From the NCBI GenBank assembly GCA_002633005.1, contig NMRA01000498.1:259329-323328 (forward strand): a stretch of DNA of 64,000 nt, in the 5' to 3' direction. This stretch comes from Phoronis australis (Eukaryota > Animalia > Phoronida). Position numbers and translations under genes: made by a program. How positions within the stretch are numbered: the stretch's first letter is position 1; the number at the start of each line of letters is the position of its first letter. The notes beneath the pieces are model-generated. The model did no database searches. It was not told where the DNA came from and saw only the letters and a list, made by a program, of their open reading frames with translations. Below, piece by piece: positions 1-12,400 of this stretch.

Positions 1-96
1 TTGTTTCCCTAAAAGCTGCTAAAAGCGAGTGCGTGAAAAAACAAACGCACAGCTACCCTGACGTCATAACTAAACGCCAGTTCCTTTTCTTTTTAG

Positions 97-363
97 GAAG
101 CAGCTAGTAAGATGAAACTGTCCACACCAGACATTGGTGAACCCGACGGACTCAACCACGTGACACTGTTTGGGGCACCATGCGATGTGAGACCGCCATT
201 CACACGCGACGAGCTTCGACGGAACTATCTCGGGTGTCAGAATGTCCCGACCGCCTTGTGGTTCTTGAAAATGTTGGGCGGATCACAACCGCAGAACAAT
301 CCCTTCTCGTCGGTGGGCCGACCGAGGTACAGAGCTAATGCTTACGGTCCTGTTCGGCGGTAG
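97..363 (+). CDS. Putative terminal coding exon of an unidentified upstream gene
   Basis: Branch-like ctaaac, pyrimidine tract and AG (95-96), then a phase-0 open frame EAASKMKLSTPDIG...GPVRR* that is more GC-rich than the flanks. An AU-rich (ATTTA) cluster follows at 541-570. No family recognised. Confidence 0.4.
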   Translation, partial: EAASKMKLSTPDIGEPDGLNHVTLFGAPCDVRPPFTRDELRRNYLGCQNVPTALWFLKMLGGSQPQNNPFSSVGRPRYRANAYGPVRR

Positions 364-2574
364 TCACGCGTTATCGTCTTTCGTCAAATTGTTGTTTCCG
401 ATAAAATTGTAAGCGTCTCTAGAGGGCGCCTAGTTCTGCTCACTTCGCGACTAGATGCGTCCTTCTGACAAGAACGACAAGAGTTTGCGCTTTCCGGCCA
501 TATCAAGAAGAAAATTGGCCGTATGATGCGTCATGCTTGTATTATTTATTAATTTAAGTATTTATTATTAAAGTCTCTAAGGAGTTGTTGGCTTTTGTGA
601 CAGGGACAACCCAGTCGTATATACACACACACGCGTATATGTAAATGTATGTATGTATGTATATGAGGCTATTCACTGGCGGTCACATGACCCGCAATTT
701 GCCCGTTTCCAAGGCAACGGCTTGCGCAAGTCTGAACAAGTGCTATAATATTTTTAACCAACCTGTACAAAGTGTAAAATAAGATCAGTTTGATGCTTGT
801 AAATACCGTTGTAAACTATATTGATTTATCTAGTTGAAAATGTTATATTTGTGGTCTGTAGAAGCGTGCCTAGGACGGAGTAAACCCGGCGTTTCCGGCG
901 AAACATTTTCTAGAATTATGAACGGCTTTCTCGCGGTGTATGGGGAAGACCATGAATTGAATTATTTGTCTCAAGAACTGTAGGATTTACTTTTTTAAGA
1001 TAAAAAGCAATTCACGCTGTTCTTGCGTACGGTTAAGCAGCCTACGGAAAGCTGTCTAGGGGGTGTTGAAAGTGGTTAGGCTTTAAAATTTGAAATTTCA
1101 AATATAGACATGCAGTAAGTTATGTAAGAAATTATTCCAACTCATGTCTTACCAAGGAGTCGCGTTCTTGTAGATATGTTAATAAGAACTTGTTATTTCA
1201 CGTTAATAAAGTTTAAGCGATCCTGTATTCTTTTGTTTCCTCACAAAACTCTGTTTGAGAGTTCAGAAAAAAATATCAAAAAAGTGCGGGGGCCCCAGCA
1301 CTAAAATATTTTTGTATTGATTCGGCTGTTTACACCCTATAACACCACTTCTCTGAGATGGATAGGTAAAGTCCACGATCACTCGATACTAAATTTGGCG
1401 AATTCCGTATTTGTTTGACGTGACTTGTATTCCCACCGAAGCCCACGTACTGTACATAAATAATATGACTGATTCCCGGCCAAAACGCTAGATGTCGTGG
1501 TAGCTACCTGTTCACGTGAGCAGTGGCAGGGTTTAAAACGTTGAACTATGCGCATATACTTGCACCGAAAACGGACGAGTAATCTAGGTAGTTCGTTTAC
1601 CTATTTGTGTCGCATGTATAAGTTTCAACAATAATATCAGCAATACACAGTATTTACTTTGTCTCTTGGAACCACATGAAATCGCTCCTCGAAAATTCGC
1701 TTTCCGTCGACGAGTACTCCACCGTTAGGAAACTATTTCGTTTTAACTATAAAGAAATAATTCTTTTGACAATAGAAAATATTTTAGTCGCGCACATAAC
1801 GGAAGGGGACACTGACTTAATTTTCATTAATAGGACATTATCAGTCTTATGGCCGAAAACGCCTTTTGGGAATTGTTGTTGTATGGGATGTACTTCTTGG
1901 AAGTCAACAAAATCCGTTGAGTTTTTGAGATTTTGTCACAAATCGTCAGTTCTCGCCGTTATGACTTTTCAGTCTCAACTACGCGCTTAAACTGATTTCA
2001 GAAACGCCTTTTTGCCGATAGTCTCCCTATAAGGTATATCAAGGAGCGCCGCCACTCAATTTGTTGTAAAATGAAATGCGCTCACTGTAAAACCTTAATA
2101 TTTTAAGAGCAAAAATGATACAGCCCAGACAATGAAAAGCAACAATTATAAATCTATTTTACCTATTGACCTACTCATTTCGGGGTTACAGTAGGACGCG
2201 GAAAAAAAATTATAACGACGCGTACGGCTTTAACGAGACATCTTTTTCTAAGCACAAACATATTGTAACAGTCCAATGTACTCCACCGATACTTCTGGAA
2301 AGATCAAAAATTAAATTTTTGATCAATAAAAATTTCATTGGCACACTGCCACGGCACGATTTATCACACGACGAAATTCGCTCCTGGTTTTATGGTAGTG
2401 TAGGTCCTTATTAAAGTCTGTGTATTTTGCCAAATGTGTACGGAACTATAAAATTTGTTAACTCAGTTAAAGGATATATTTCATGAATGTAGAAACTGAT
2501 TTCGACTTCATATCAGTCTCAAATTAATTGGGCCATGTGACCAGACTTTTTGTCAAAACTTAGCAATAAAGAAA

Positions 2575-2950
2575 GGCACATTTATAGCAAAACAACTGTA
2601 ATAATAACATGACCAAATTTGGTTTGAAATAAATGTTCCAGATCAAATCTCAAAAACACTGTTATAGTTTTTAAAATTATTTCATTTCGTTTACGTTTTC
2701 TGCAACTTTTGATTTTTTTCACGTCTTGTCAGTAGAAATATGCAGCATTTAAAAAATTCCTGAATGAGTTTTGGAGAACATGACATAAATCATGGTATAT
2801 TAAAGTTTCATAGGAATCCAATCAGCCATTTCTGAGACTTGATGCTATAAAACAACCGAATGTGGGGATTTTTCTAAGGTGCCACATAACTTTAAGAGCC
2901 ACACTTGATTTTAGGACCAAAAACGCATTTTGAGGATTATCGTTGTATAG
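2575..2950. repeat. Dispersed repeat family copy (also ~7960-8350 and ~56790-57010)
   Basis: Shared blocks such as atagcaaaacaa, aaatctcaaaaac, aagtttcata...aatcca/ttcca and aggattatcgttg recur across these loci. Confidence 0.55.
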
Positions 2951-4807
2951 GCCAAAATTTTTGAAGATGCTAGCTTTGAACAAATTTATAAATCAACAAA
3001 ATCTGTACTATTTTTGTGATTTGATTACAAATCGCCAAATCTCTGTTGGCTGCCAGTCTTTCGCTGAAAGCGAGGCCGGTGACTTGACAGTGGAATACTC
3101 TGAAGCTGCATTTCGTTCCAGCTTTCCATCAATGTTGAATTTCTATCAAAGCGCTTAGGGTTTAAAAACATTACTGAACTTGAGTTATTGCCGCAAAAGT
3201 CGACAACTTAAGTCACACCCCGGTGGAAAAAAGTGTAGACGTACACGTACGTGCGACATTTTTAGAATCCGCAATTTTAGGATTGGCCAACCCTAAGATA
3301 AAATCAATCCATCCGAGGCCAACTTCACTAAAATCTGAAACGTTTTCCTCAGACGCTGATGACGAGACCAACTTTATTAAAATCTGAAGCGTCTTCTTAA
3401 TATGCTGATGGTTTCAATGTTCTTGTTGGTAACGGAAATAGAATCCTCATTTATTTAAAGAGACAAAACGTATTAATGGCTACTAGTCAATAAACGTTTT
3501 ACAGAAAGAACCGACAACTCTCCACTTTTACGTTAACCGGGATACCAAGATTTTAAAATATGTTTCCAGTATTTTCTAATTTCGTTTTTTTTTTAATTCT
3601 CAAGGAAATTCAACAACTCGAAGGCCTTTTTAAAAAATGTAAGACTCAACGAGTTAGATATTTGTGTAATCCGACTACGGGACTATAGATGAAAGTTTTA
3701 GTTAAATATGAATATGCGTTGTGCACTGTTCAGTGGTCGCGTTTGGAACCGTAAGTGTCAACTATCGCCGGAACTTAGTTCACTGACCACATTTGCCGAC
3801 CATACATAAAGAGACAATTCCCGCCTTGCCCGTGAATCACGCGCTCAGCAAGATCGGAAATCTTGCGTCAAACAGCTCTGGATTTAACGGTCAAACAAGT
3901 ACGCTTTGTTCTTTTGTAGATTTTTTGTCACATTCCACGGGTTATATCTACAGAATGGTATGTTACTTGACAGGAGTCGTCAATACTCAACCGACAAGTT
4001 ACAGTATTTATAAAACTAGCGTTTCTACACTGTTCCGTCCCAGTGCTTCTGTTTAGGTTTCCGAAAAACAAAACTAACATGAGCCACTTATTCTAATACA
4101 AATTAGTCGCGAAATTTTCTTTATCATGGTAGTATTTTATTTCCTTGTCAGCGACGAACATGCAGTACAGCTGTAATAAAAAAATCAGAAAGTCACGGGA
4201 CTAGCCAAGCTGCCAGCTTCCAAAATTTGAGCGCTTCAATCAATCTTGTGTATTGAGAATCTCCAATCTTCCAACTACAATCGCATGAGCACACCCAGCC
4301 TAAAATATATGGGGNAGGGGGGGGGGGCATGGCCCCCTCTAAATCCGCCACTAGGGGGTATGCGGAGCTTTTATTGAAAAAAATTCACCGAGGAGTAAAA
4401 AAACGGGGCCACTAGGTTCCGTCAGGCCTACGTATTGTGTGTCCGCGCCAAATTCCTGTGGACTTTTTTCTCATTTGCTCAAACTGTTTGTTTCGTTGAG
4501 GCGGACCTTTTTGCCCAATTTACCAAATTGGGGGGAGAACGAGCCCCCCCCCTGGGTGCGCCCATGACTCGAATGTTGAAACTGACATTATCACGGCAAG
4601 GGAATTTCAATTCCAGTTACTCAGGTGTTGCCTTAGGTTACTAACCCGTTTGTTTTACTTACATTTCACCCATTTCAGGGTTTTAAAACTTTACCACTCT
4701 TTTCGATACTGAATTACTGTCACATGACCAGTCAACTCAAGTCACAGGCAATGCGTATTTTTTCGTATCCGCGACTTTAGAGTTGACCAACTCCAAGTGA
4801 AACTCTC

Positions 4808-5030
4808 CAGTGGCAGATCTACGCCCAGTAAGGGGGAGGGGGTTAGGATTCGAGTGAATCCGAGGCGCGTAGGTCGGGAGAGGGTTTCCCTCCTCCCGTG
4901 TAAGATTTTTTTTGTGGTTTTTAGTAGCTAATTTCATTTTTCTAGCGACTTTTTTAAAAAAATATTTTTGATCCTGTCCCGAGGGGGGGAGGGGTTCAAC
5001 CCCCTGAACCCCCATGTAGATCCGCCTCTG
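4808..5030. mobile_element. hAT-like non-autonomous MITE
   Basis: Terminal inverted repeats cagtggcagatctac ... gtagatccgcctctg with G/C-run subterminal motifs. Related ends occur at ~4340, ~6630, 26596 and 27235. Confidence 0.6.
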
Positions 5031-8000
5031 GCGTTCTCTGGAGTCGCTGATGGTTTCGACGTTCTTGTTGGAAACAAATAGAGTCCCATCATCGGCAATG
5101 ACTTAATCTGTTTTCGTTTTTTTGCCAGCTAAACATGGCCAAATGCAGTGTAATCGTTTAGATTTGTTTAAAACCAGTTTATTTACACGGAGTTTTACGA
5201 CTGGAAGCCGACTCGCTAAAAACAGACAGAACATGGCGAGGTGATTACGCAGTATTTGTGCTCTCCGTTACGCACGAAAATACTGCACAATTTATTTCCA
5301 CAAAAACGGAGACGGTGTAGCAAAATTGTAGAGTCGACGTAGACCAGCAGAATGGACTCGAGGGTACTCGATAAATACTACGAAATCAAACGACACAACA
5401 AAATTGAGTTATGAAGCCAACACGAACAAGAATCACAGCGTGTTTGAAAACCTTTTACATGAATAAACTTTTTTAAGTTTACTTACAGAAAGAAAAAAAA
5501 ATTAGCGATGAAATACAATAGAAAAGAAAACAATCAAACACCAACACATTCTTTCTCGCATCCGCACAGTCCAGCTCTGCATAAATTTATACTGAATGTA
5601 TAAGGGTTTCAAAACATCCCAGAAAGTCAGTGGTTGATTCTCTTGATTTCATACTTTTCCACTTCTTGACAGTGTCAAATATAATTGGGTGAAACCTCTT
5701 AAGTACATGTCTGGAATACATGAAGACTTAGAACAAGTATATATGAAGTATTGTGCTTAAGTTAATACGTGATTAATTTCATAACAATGAACATACGTGA
5801 CTTTTGTAAAAACCAACCCACGCCATTGTTATTGAGAGACAATGGGTATGAAGACGAAGAACTCAGACCCCACCGACCGCAGTGAAATAAATGCACTGCA
5901 CGTCTACAGTCAACCCAGCACTGTTAACTCAGTTATTGCCTTCCTGTCACAAAAGGATGTGTTACTTGTCTGCCTGACAGCACCGGGAAACGATAGGTAA
6001 AGGCAACGTGCGGGAAATCTAACCGAAACTCAACAGAGACCTTGGCAGTCGACTGACATGCTACCGAGCAACGCAGGTCTACACTCAATCATCACCTACC
6101 AACTCGGGAGATCGCGAGACAGTTTCCTAGCACAATCCTAAATCTGAGAACTGTACCTTAATAAGAGTTAATTAAAGCCTATAACACAGTCTGGGCATCC
6201 CATCTTTTTACAGACCACAATGGAAATAAGTCCGTCTTTTTATGGTATCCCTGTCTTACTCTTGAACTTTTATTTTTTGTCTTGTTTTGTACTTTTCTTT
6301 TATTTCTCTGTACTTGTGTGATTTTTGATTATCATTATCATTATCATTGTTGAATTATACCTTTCAACATTTTAATACATCAAGAGTTAGTGACAGCACA
6401 GTCCACGATCAAGAGATAGGGGATACTTTGGATTACCTTTCACCTCTTGACCAGCATTACAACAAGTCTACAACAATTCCACCCCCCTCCAGGCGTGATC
6501 AAACACCCATGGCCCGATCATTGCGATCCTAATTCAGGGCCTCCACAGAATAAAGATCGAATGAAGAATTTCCGCCACAGAGATCACTTTCTGATGAGAG
6601 AGGGGGTAAACCCCTCTGAGCCTTTCCCTGTAGATCCGCCATTGTCTTCTCAAGAGCTTAATGACATAATAGGACATCATTTCAGCGACAGCAGTATGTA
6701 CAGAAGCTTTAGGTGTGGCGATTGGATGACTCTTTAGCAAACAATGTAGCAGAAGAGTGAATTTTTTTATTTTTGACAAATTTCCTGACAAAATTAAATA
6801 TTCATAAAATTGTACTGGTTTGAAAATCATAGTTTGTACCTAACAGCTGTTACATGAAGAATGATTCATTATTCTTAGCAAAGAAGCAATGCTTTGCATG
6901 ATGGAAAGTGATAAAATTGAGAATTATTTTGTGTAAAGAACTTAGGTTGTCAATGTAACTAACCTAGTATGCTACTATCAACAAATATCAGTCAACTACT
7001 AAATATGTATGCATAAATGTGTATAATAATTATTTATTTCTACTGTATATCTGTATTGCAATACTTGCTGAATGAGTAAAAGAATTAGGAAATCTCTACA
7101 TAAACTGTGACTTTTAAATTACATTTTACAAATTCTAAACAGATCTTGGCAATTTGTCTCCATCTCATAATCAAGACAGTAAAACTAGTACCAATTCGAA
7201 AAATTGCAATCATCTGAAAAAAGATAAACAGTGTACTTCGAAACAAATAGAGTACTTCACCTAGCATATCACTCTGACATAAATTAAAAGCACACAACAA
7301 AATAGAATTAAAAAACATAACAAACTGACTATCTGTAATCAACATCAACACAATTTAAATTTTCTTCTTTTAATAAGATTCTTTGAGGCTGTTTAAAATG
7401 CATTTTGATATCACATGCACAGTTCCAATGCAACGTAACGATTTGTGTAAACTAGAACTTTACAGTACTACGATACACAGTAATATCTGTCATGCCCAAA
7501 AATGCAAATATAGACAAAGGGTGGTGCACCCAGCTGTACCTAACACCATTGTAGGTACATGATTGCAGCAAATGTGACTCAAATGTTTTTAAAACAATAA
7601 GAAAGATTGTGACTGACAGTAATTCAACCCTAGTGTATCCACACTTAGCCACTTCACAAACCACTGCAATGAACCAGTTGTCAACAAAATTTCACATACG
7701 AAAGACTTATCTCCAACTTTATGCTGAAACTACGATAAAACACCCTTCTTAACAAACACTAAATGAAAAATTTGTTCACTGATTTTTAGACAACGGCCAC
7801 AAGACAAATTTTTCTTCTGTGAAAATCCTTGAATTGGGTGCAAGCGACACCGAGCAGTTAGCCAAGTTGAGTTTTCCATTGACTGAAATAAAGTAATTCC
7901 AAATTTCATCAGTTAACAGTAGTCGTTCTTTAAAATTTATCAAAAAACAAAGGTACTAACATTGATAGCAAAACAATGCTATCAACAACATGAACAACTT

Positions 8001-8786
8001 ATATTTGATATAAATGTTCAAGGTTAAATACCAAAAACGCTCTTACTGTTTTCTAAAATATCATTTCATTTTTGTTTATGCAACTTTAAAGATTTTTTTA
8101 TGAAAACCCTAAAAGTCCTATTTTTGATGGCCCCTCATGCAAAAGTGGAACTTTTACAAAACAATTCCTTATACCATATTTAAGACCAGTACATAAAGCA
8201 GCATCTGGAAGTTTCATATTAATTCCATTAGCTGTTACTGAGATGTGATGTTGGAAAGTCAGCCAAGTTTGGCCAAATTTATAGGTTCCTAAGGAACCCT
8301 AAAGGGACAATATCTGGTTTATGGTTAAAAATGCACGCTAAGGATTATCGTTGGACGGGAAAGAATTCTTCAAGTTAATAGCTTTAACCCTTTTGATTGG
8401 ATTCCAGAAGCCTATTTTGAACGAGCAGCAAACGGTCATGCCGCACGCTACACTTGTTGGCGTGACTTTCCTGTTCCCCCCTCCATTTGTCATTCTTTGC
8501 AGTATTCCACACCTGCCGTGTCCCACTGTTGTGTTACTAGCTTTTGCTCTGCGGTGGTAGTACTGCGTCATTTTATTTCCACTTGAGAATGAAACAGGTA
8601 TGTTTTGAAATATCGTGTGTCTTTTAATCATGTCTCTTGGTCAGTTGATTTACCAATGTTTTGTTGAATGTCGAACTTTGTTCCGAGGATACGAATGGAA
8701 TGTAATAAAGATTTGTTAACAACGACAAGTGTCGTGTCTTAAACAACTTTTAACCAGAGTAATATAAGAACAAAATCCTTTGTACT

Positions 8787-8792
8787 TTTATT
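8787..8792 (-). terminator. Probable FBXL4 polyadenylation signal (AATAAA)
   Basis: tttatt on the plus strand, ~500 nt downstream of the FBXL4 stop codon. Confidence 0.4.
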
Positions 8793-9292
8793 GTCAGTTG
8801 CCAATTCTTGCCATGGTCTAACAGACATTTGCCGAGATCAAGGCAAGTGACTATATCCATTAAATACACTTTTACTCTGCTTTTTGTCAACTGGTGTGTA
8901 TCTTTGCCAACAGACCATTTGGCTGCGACGATGGAGGAAGTGGGTTCGTTTTGGCTGATCTCAGAAAATTACTTTTCTCGCTGGCAACTGTGCCTTCAAC
9001 ATTTCAGTGATTGGTCAGACCAAGGTAGTCATCAGCATGATCTCAAAAACAGGACAAAAACCAAATGATAACTGATTTAGCAATGTCCAATCTGAGTAGG
9101 AGTTCCATACACACAGTCACCTTCAACATATTGCCCATTTCTGTCTGTCCCCAGCCCACGTCACAAAGATGCAAAGACTGGCTTGGCCTTTCTGAAAACG
9201 AGTTTGGTGTCACCCGTCCTGTAGCTGCCAAGCATGGTCTCTGTGCCTACCTGTCAAAGACATCCGGCTCCTCTCCCGGCGTACCAGCGACA

Positions 9293-9434
9293 TTATGCTT
9301 GAATATAGGTCTGAAAACTCTTCTTGATGTCCACCAGAGGGAACATCTGTCTCCAATGTCGCACGGCTACGTGGTCCAGTTTGGCACAAAAGGACAGGTC
9401 GAAGAATTTCAGCTTTTTGCATTTCTCAAGAACA
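9293..9434 (-). CDS. FBXL4: FBXL4 coding exon 15 (last): [46 protein letters not shown]
   Basis: Acceptor tttattgcag, TAA stop at 9293-9295. Matches the FBXL4 C-terminal LRR and KKSF tail. Confidence 0.93.
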
Positions 9435-12400
9435 CTGCAATAAAGAAACAAACTGAAAAGCCACGGTGAAAGATAGCCAAAGGCTGAATATCAACACAAA
9501 ATTGAAAACAAGAAAAAGTTGCAGAGAAAGATGTGCTGATGTTTAAAATACCCTTTTGGTCTGGAATACCTTGTAGAGGTTTACAATACATGGTAAGTTA
9601 GGATTCCTAATTCTACTGCATGACATGACAGACTGAGTGGGGTGCACTAGATTCGTCACCGTCAGTTTGGCTTATCCTACCCTTTCGTTGGTGACGATAA
9701 CCCTTTTACTGCTGCCTTTAATTAAATTTGAAATTTATTCAACTTAGCCTCCATAATGCAACTCACTGTTGTAAACAAAGGTCAAATACACCAGAGGAGA
9801 GTTCTGTGGGCACAATCAGCAACTTGCAATANAGCTTTTTGCATTTCTCAAGAACACTGCAATAAAGAAACAAACTGAAAAGCCACGGTGAAAGATAGCC
9901 AAAGGCTGAATATCAACACAAAATTGAAAACAAGAAAAAGTTGCAGAGAAAGATGTGCTGATGTTTAAAATACCCTTTTGGTCTGGAATACCTTGTAGAG
10001 GTTTACAATACATGGTAAGTTAGGATTCCTAATTCTACTGTATGACATGACAGACTGAGTGGGGTGCACTAGATTCGTCACCGTCAGTTTGGCTTATCCT
10101 ACCCTTTCGTTGGTGACGATAACCCTTTTACTGCTGCCTTTAATTAAATTTGAAATTTATTCAACTAAGCCTCCATAATGCAACTCACTGTTGTAAACAA
10201 AGGTCAAATACAGCAGCTATCACCAGAGGAGAGTTCTGTGGGCACAATCAGCAACTTGCAATAACAAGGTACCAAACCACATGGTCAACGGACTCATAAA
10301 CACGAACACGGACGCATGAACACGACTCAGGGACCTGCAAACACCGTCCACTGACTCACAAACAAGGGAACGGACTCACAAAACACGATCCACGCACCCA
10401 AATACACGGGACACGGACTCATATTCACGAGGAAACACGGTTAACGGACCGCCAAACACGGGTCACGGACTCATCGGCTTCATGGGTCAGCTGACATCAT
10501 CATTTTGTCTGTGACCCGTGTTTGGCGGTCTGTTGACCGTGTAGTTTAGGTGCCTTGAATAAGAGTAGCAGGTATGTTGGAAATCTCTATTGAGCGTTGA
10601 CAGATCAGCCACACCCGTTAATCTTTCAGTGTAATATAACAACATGTACATTAAAACCCATTTAATTTGAATTATCAGGACTGGCAAATTGTATCAAGAC
10701 GAAGTCCGAATTACATGCAGAAATGAGAAGACGTACTACTGAGAACAAACATTCAAAGGATCTTTGTCTTAGTTAATGTCTCAATGAAATCACGTGGTGG
10801 TGAATCTTTCCACTGAAACAATGAACGAATCTCATGCAGTCCATGTTTTTATCGCGTGAATTTAGAAACTCTAACTCACAGAGTTAAAGAACCAAAGGAG
10901 GAGTTTATGCCCCAAAATCAACATATAAAAATAATTGCAGGCTGTCTGCCCTGGTACATGTTGTACCAGACGTGCACAGGCCGCGCATGCGGGCCCATTG
11001 CACTGATCACCTGAAACGATTTTTGTGCTTTACTAATATATATATGGTTAAAACCGAGCTGAGGAGCTAGAAATCTGACTCAAGGGTCTAGCAGTGTGGC
11101 ACAGCCAGACTAGAACCCACGACTTCGAGTAAAGAAAGTCAGTACCTATCACGCTAGGCCACACTGCGTTCTTTACCCTTAAATAAACCACAAACACACT
11201 GCTGCATGGTGCTTTGAGCAAAAATGTGACAAGTGGCAACCGACTCATTTTGCAACTTTAACATTACACTGTTACCACTGCACTGCCTCCGGCCCTACGT
11301 CCGGGCAACCCAGTATGTCAATCTGCTCCATGTCCGGTAGGAAGTGAGCCACGCCCATCAAACCTTCGCTCGAGAAGACTCTACAACAAAGTAAACCCAT
11401 GACAACTTCCCAACAAAAAACAATTTAATCTTTAGTACTACATTAGCCATTCTTAGTTACATCAATTTGGCATACAATGTCAATATGGCTGACAAGTGGA
11501 TTTTTGTTTTTTATTCTGTTCAGTTTTAATTCGTTAAGAAAAAATTCCTTCTACTATATTAGCATGATTTGTGCAGCATACTTGTCACTGAACAACACAC
11601 GGTATGATTTGGGCAGCGTACTTGTCACTAAACAACACACGGCATGATTTGTTGCAATCTGGTAAGCCTTTCAAAAATGACACATGCACGGATATTTGTT
11701 GGCTTTACAAATTTGTTGCAGTTGGTACTTCAACATGGCGTGCAAAAATAAAACTTTGTTAGAACAACAAACGTGCTGGAATAAAAAAGACAAAAAAGAA
11801 ATTTCAACTCAGCCCATTTTTCGGCGCCTCATTCTTTGTCAATAGAGACTTGTACAAGAACGATGAGTGACACCAACACTCAATATCACCAACAAACGCT
11901 GAAGTAGGTTTGTGTGGAACAGAGAAACTAAGTATTGCATGAGGGATGACCTGCTTCACGACGATAAAGACACTGGCTTAAATGTCTTAAAGGTGTGGTG
12001 GTTAATTGGCGTGCGAGTCTGCGATGCTAAACAAAAGACTGCAGGAAGGTTAAAATGGACTAGGTTGATATCAAGATTTGGAAACCGCCGTTGTCTGGAG
12101 AGTTATTTAGAATCTCGATACAAAACAGATTAGCAGTGCTGCAGGAAACAACATGTGACAGGAAGGAAGCCAGACAAGTGTGCAGCATTGTGGGTAAATC
12201 TTTCCGAATTTGAGCAAGACCTGTCAGTGGCACTTTGTGATAAGACTAATAATACTTCCCCAAAGTTAAAGAATATTAATTATGAATTATTATTAATTAT
12301 GAACACTTACTTGTTAGCTGTAAGAAAAAGTTTCTTCAGCTTAGGACAAGACTTAAAAATCTGGATAAATGTCTTGTTGGAACTAATCAGCCTCAAGTGG

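Noticed and set aside
6590-6625. CUGAUGA followed by a hairpin (agagggg-gtaaa-cccctct), hammerhead-like
   Set aside because: Followed by gagc rather than GAAA, has no stems I/III, and the hairpin is part of a MITE subterminal G/C run.
9065-9469. 134-aa plus-strand ORF
   Set aside because: Antisense to the FBXL4 last exon and 3' UTR, with no recognisable domain.
11078-11167. Possible tRNA gene
   Set aside because: Only degenerate A/B boxes and no proper acceptor or anticodon stems. Better explained as a SINE head.
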